Below are positions 29,401 to 32,000 of a stretch of DNA of 32,000 nt, piece by piece (within the stretch, counting starts at the first letter, position 1; each line of letters begins with the position of its first letter). The stretch is taken from NCBI RefSeq assembly GCF_000018785.1, contig NC_010163.1, forward strand, positions 60,001 to 92,000, read 5' to 3'. Made by a program: the position numbers and the translations under genes. The stretch comes from Acholeplasma laidlawii PG-8A (GTDB lineage Bacteria > Bacillota_I > Bacilli_A > Acholeplasmatales > Acholeplasmataceae). A model generated the notes under the pieces. The model searched no databases. It saw nothing but the letters and a program-made list of their open reading frames with translations, and was not told the DNA's origin.

Positions 29401-29916
29401 ATGAATATTAAAACTGGAGACACAGTTGTAGTTATTGCAGGTGGTGACCAATTTGCAGTAGATAAAAAAGGTGTAAAAACTAGAAAAACTGGTCGCGTAT
29501 TAAAAATTGACCGTGTTAAAAACACAGTTATCGTAGAAGGTGTTAACATTGTTAAAAAACATCAAAGACCTACATCAGCAAATGATAAAGGTGGCATTGT
29601 TGAAATTCCAGCTCCAATCCATGCAAGTAATGTAGCAATCCTTGATCCAAAAACAAACACACCTACACGTATTGGACATCGTATCGAGAATGGTGTTAAA
29701 GTACGTTATGCTAAGAAATCTGGTCAAACTTTAGATAAAGCAGCTAAACCTGCTAAAACTAAAGCTGAAAAGGTAGAAAAGGCAGCTACATCAAGCACAG
29801 ACAAACCAGCTAAAGTTACTAAGGCAGCTAAAGAAGCTAAACCAGTAAAAGCTGTTAAATCACAAAAAGTTGAAAAGAACACAAGCGTACAAAAGAAAGG
29901 AGCTAGTGGTAAATAA
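29401..29916 (+). CDS. rplX: 50S ribosomal protein L24, with a 58-aa Lys/Ala/Pro-rich C-terminal extension
   Basis: [14 protein letters not shown]... after an AAGGAGGAAG RBS. The canonical L24 body ends at ...[10 protein letters not shown] and the extension occupies nt 29740-29913. The TTG-initiated track start at 29368 lies inside rplN and is rejected. Confidence 0.93.
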   Translation: MNIKTGDTVVVIAGGDQFAVDKKGVKTRKTGRVLKIDRVKNTVIVEGVNIVKKHQRPTSANDKGGIVEIPAPIHASNVAILDPKTNTPTRIGHRIENGVKVRYAKKSGQTLDKAAKPAKTKAEKVEKAATSSTDKPAKVTKAAKEAKPVKAVKSQKVEKNTSVQKKGASGK

Positions 29917-30458
29917 TGAGCGCAGCATTTAAAGAATTATACAACACAAAAATTGTTCCTAAACTAGTTTCTGACTTTAATTACGATTCAGTAATGCAAG
30001 TACCGAAATTAGAAAAAATTGTTGTTAACATGGGTGTTGGTGAGGCAGTATCTAATTCTAAATTACTTGATCAAGCAGTTGAAGAGTTAACATTACTAAC
30101 TGGTCAAAAACCTGTTATTACTAAAGCAAAGAAATCAATTTCTAACTTTAAATTACGTGAAGGTCAATCCATTGGTGCTAAAGTAACTTTAAGAGGCGAT
30201 AGAATGTATTACTTCTTAGAAAAGTTAGTATCAGTTGCATTACCACGTGTTAGAGACTTCCGTGGGGTATCCGCAAACGCATTTGACGGTCGTGGAAACT
30301 ACACATTAGGTGTAAAAGAACAAATCATTTTCCCTGAAATAAACATTGATAAAGTAAATAAAGTTCGTGGGATGGACATTATTATTGTAACAACGGCACA
30401 AACCGATGCAGAAGCTAAAAGCTTATTAACTGAATTTGGTTTCCCGTTCAAGAAGTGA
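29916..30458 (+). CDS. rplE: 50S ribosomal protein L5
   Basis: VVNMGVGEA and PRVRDFRG motifs. ATAATG overlap with rplX. Confidence 0.98.
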   Translation: MSAAFKELYNTKIVPKLVSDFNYDSVMQVPKLEKIVVNMGVGEAVSNSKLLDQAVEELTLLTGQKPVITKAKKSISNFKLREGQSIGAKVTLRGDRMYYFLEKLVSVALPRVRDFRGVSANAFDGRGNYTLGVKEQIIFPEINIDKVNKVRGMDIIIVTTAQTDAEAKSLLTEFGFPFKK

Positions 30459-30468
30459 GGTGTAGATT

Positions 30469-30738
30469 ATGGCAAAGAAATCAAAAATCGCTAAAGATAA
30501 AAAACAGCGCGAAATCGTAGCAATCTACGCTGAAAAACGTAGAGCTTTGAAAGAAGCTGGAGATTACCAAGGTTTATCTAGTCTACCAAAAGATGCATCA
30601 CCGGTAAGATTAAGAAATAGAGATTCATTAGACGGTAGACCAAGAGCATATATGAGAAAATTCGGTGTATCTCGTATAACATTCAGAGAATTAGCACACA
30701 AGGGAGAAATTCCTGGTGTTAAAAAAGCTAGCTGGTAA
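30469..30738 (+). CDS. rpsN: 30S ribosomal protein S14, long 89-aa Cys-less form
   Basis: [12 protein letters not shown]... and [17 protein letters not shown] motifs. No CxxC motifs. Confidence 0.96.
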   Translation: MAKKSKIAKDKKQREIVAIYAEKRRALKEAGDYQGLSSLPKDASPVRLRNRDSLDGRPRAYMRKFGVSRITFRELAHKGEIPGVKKASW

Positions 30739-30750
30739 GGAGGAAGAACA

Positions 30751-31146
30751 ATGGTTATGACTGATCCAATTGCGGACCTATTAACGCGAATCCGTAATGC
30801 GAATAAAGCGCGTCATCCTAAAGTTGATATGCCATCTTCAAAACTTAAGTTAGAAATACTTAAAGTTATGAAGCAAGAAGGATTTATTAAAGACTTTTCA
30901 GTAAACAAGGATAAATTTCCGAAAATTACTGTAACTTTAAAATATTCTGATACAAATGAGCGTGTCATCAAAGGATTAAAAAGGATATCGAAGCCAGGTC
31001 TTCGTGTCTATGCAAGTATAGATAACTTACCACGTGTACTAAATGGTTTAGGTGTGGCATTAGTATCTACATCAAAAGGAATTTTAACAGACCGTGAAGC
31101 TCGTCAACAACAAATTGGTGGCGAAGTTCTAGCGTATGTCTGGTAA
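30751..31146 (+). CDS. rpsH: 30S ribosomal protein S8
   Basis: [17 protein letters not shown], with a GGAGG RBS 7 nt upstream. Confidence 0.98.
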   Translation: MVMTDPIADLLTRIRNANKARHPKVDMPSSKLKLEILKVMKQEGFIKDFSVNKDKFPKITVTLKYSDTNERVIKGLKRISKPGLRVYASIDNLPRVLNGLGVALVSTSKGILTDREARQQQIGGEVLAYVW

Positions 31147-31164
31147 TAAAGGAGGAATACAAAA

Positions 31165-31704
31165 ATGAGTCGTATAGGCAATAAAGTTATTGTTGTTCCT
31201 GCTGGTGTTACCGTTGACATTAAAGAAGGAAACTTCTTAACTGTTAAAGGGCCAAAAGGTCAACTTGAAAAACAATTAAACTCAGATTTAAGCATTACAT
31301 TAGAAGGAAACTTACTAACTGTAAAACGTCCAAACAATGAAATGTTCATGAGAAAAATCCACGGAACAACTCGTGCCCTATTATTTAATATGGTACATGG
31401 TGTATCTGAAGGATTCTCTAAGAAATTAGAAATCAAAGGGGTTGGGTATAGAGCTCAACTTCAAGGTAACACTTTAGTATTACAATTAGGTTTCTCACAC
31501 AATATTGAAATGCCATTACCAGAAGGTATTTCATTAGATGTTCCTAAAAATACTGAAATTACTGTAAATGGTATTGATAAAGCGGTTGTAGGACAATTCG
31601 CTGCAGAAATTAGAAAACACAGAAAACCAGAACCTTACAAAGGCAAAGGTATTCGTTATGTTGACGAATATGTTGCTCGTAAAGCTGGTAAAACTGCGAA
31701 GTAA
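31165..31704 (+). CDS. rplF: 50S ribosomal protein L6
   Basis: [13 protein letters not shown] and KGKGIRY motifs. Confidence 0.98.
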
Positions 31705-31716
31705 GGAGTATAGACT

Positions 31717-32000
31717 ATGATTAATAAAAAATCATCTAACGAGACGAGACAAAAAAGACATTTAAGAATCAGAAAACATGTCATCGGTACTCCAGATCGT
31801 CCAAGATTAAACGTATTTCGTTCCAATACCGCGATTTATGTTCAAATCATTAATGACGAAACTCATAACACACTAACAAGTGCAAACACAAAAGAACTAA
31901 AAGTGGGTGCTAACATTGAAGGTGCTGCAGCATTAGGTAAAGCTGTTGCTGAGCAAGCTTTAAAGTTAGGTATCACAAAAGTTGTCTTTGACCGCGGTGG
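31717..32000 (+). CDS. rplR: 50S ribosomal protein L18, 3' end outside the window
   Basis: My own translation is MINKKSSNETRQKRHLRIRKHVIGTPDRPRLNVFRSNTAIYVQIINDE...VVFDRGG. AAGGAG RBS at 31703-31708. Not in the ORF track because it runs off the window. Confidence 0.93.
   Translation, partial: MINKKSSNETRQKRHLRIRKHVIGTPDRPRLNVFRSNTAIYVQIINDETHNTLTSANTKELKVGANIEGAAALGKAVAEQALKLGITKVVFDRG

Overview
AT-rich window with every supported gene on the + strand. TGA acts as a stop codon (rnfD-like, first rnfG-like and rplP all end in TGA). That fact, the Bacillus-like gene order and the 16S sequence point to a wall-less or low-GC Firmicute-lineage organism, most plausibly Acholeplasma-like; this is an inference, not a search result.

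Content in order:
- 1-5856: a tightly packed Rnf/Nqr-type membrane redox cluster. It holds a D subunit (5' truncated), two paralogous two-domain FMN-binding G-like subunits, E-like and A-like subunits, an ApbE flavin-transferase lipoprotein, a NusG-domain-II-like protein and a Gx-transporter-like protein.
- 5.9-12.9 kb: housekeeping genes rpmE2, tdk, tadA, SRP RNA, an orphan membrane protein, tkt, mnmG, rsmG and a small DUF951 ORF.
- 13.0-19.3 kb: one rRNA operon, arranged tRNA-Tyr, 16S, 23S, 5S and then 11 tRNAs.
- 19.4-23.7 kb: yccF-like gene, a beta-hydroxyacid dehydrogenase-family gene, DegV, a FabT-like MarR regulator and a 471-aa orphan with degenerate Enzyme I-like features.
- 23.7-32.0 kb: the S10/spc ribosomal protein operon from rpsJ to rplR (3' truncated).

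No CRISPR array, mobile element or obvious defence island was seen. The most unusual part is the Rnf-like cluster. Its E/A-like subunits contain no cysteine at all, so they lack the conserved Fe-S ligand cysteines. The FMN-binding subunit is duplicated and doubled, and no RnfB/NqrF-type gene follows the A-like gene. Most of the remaining window is ordinary core genome.
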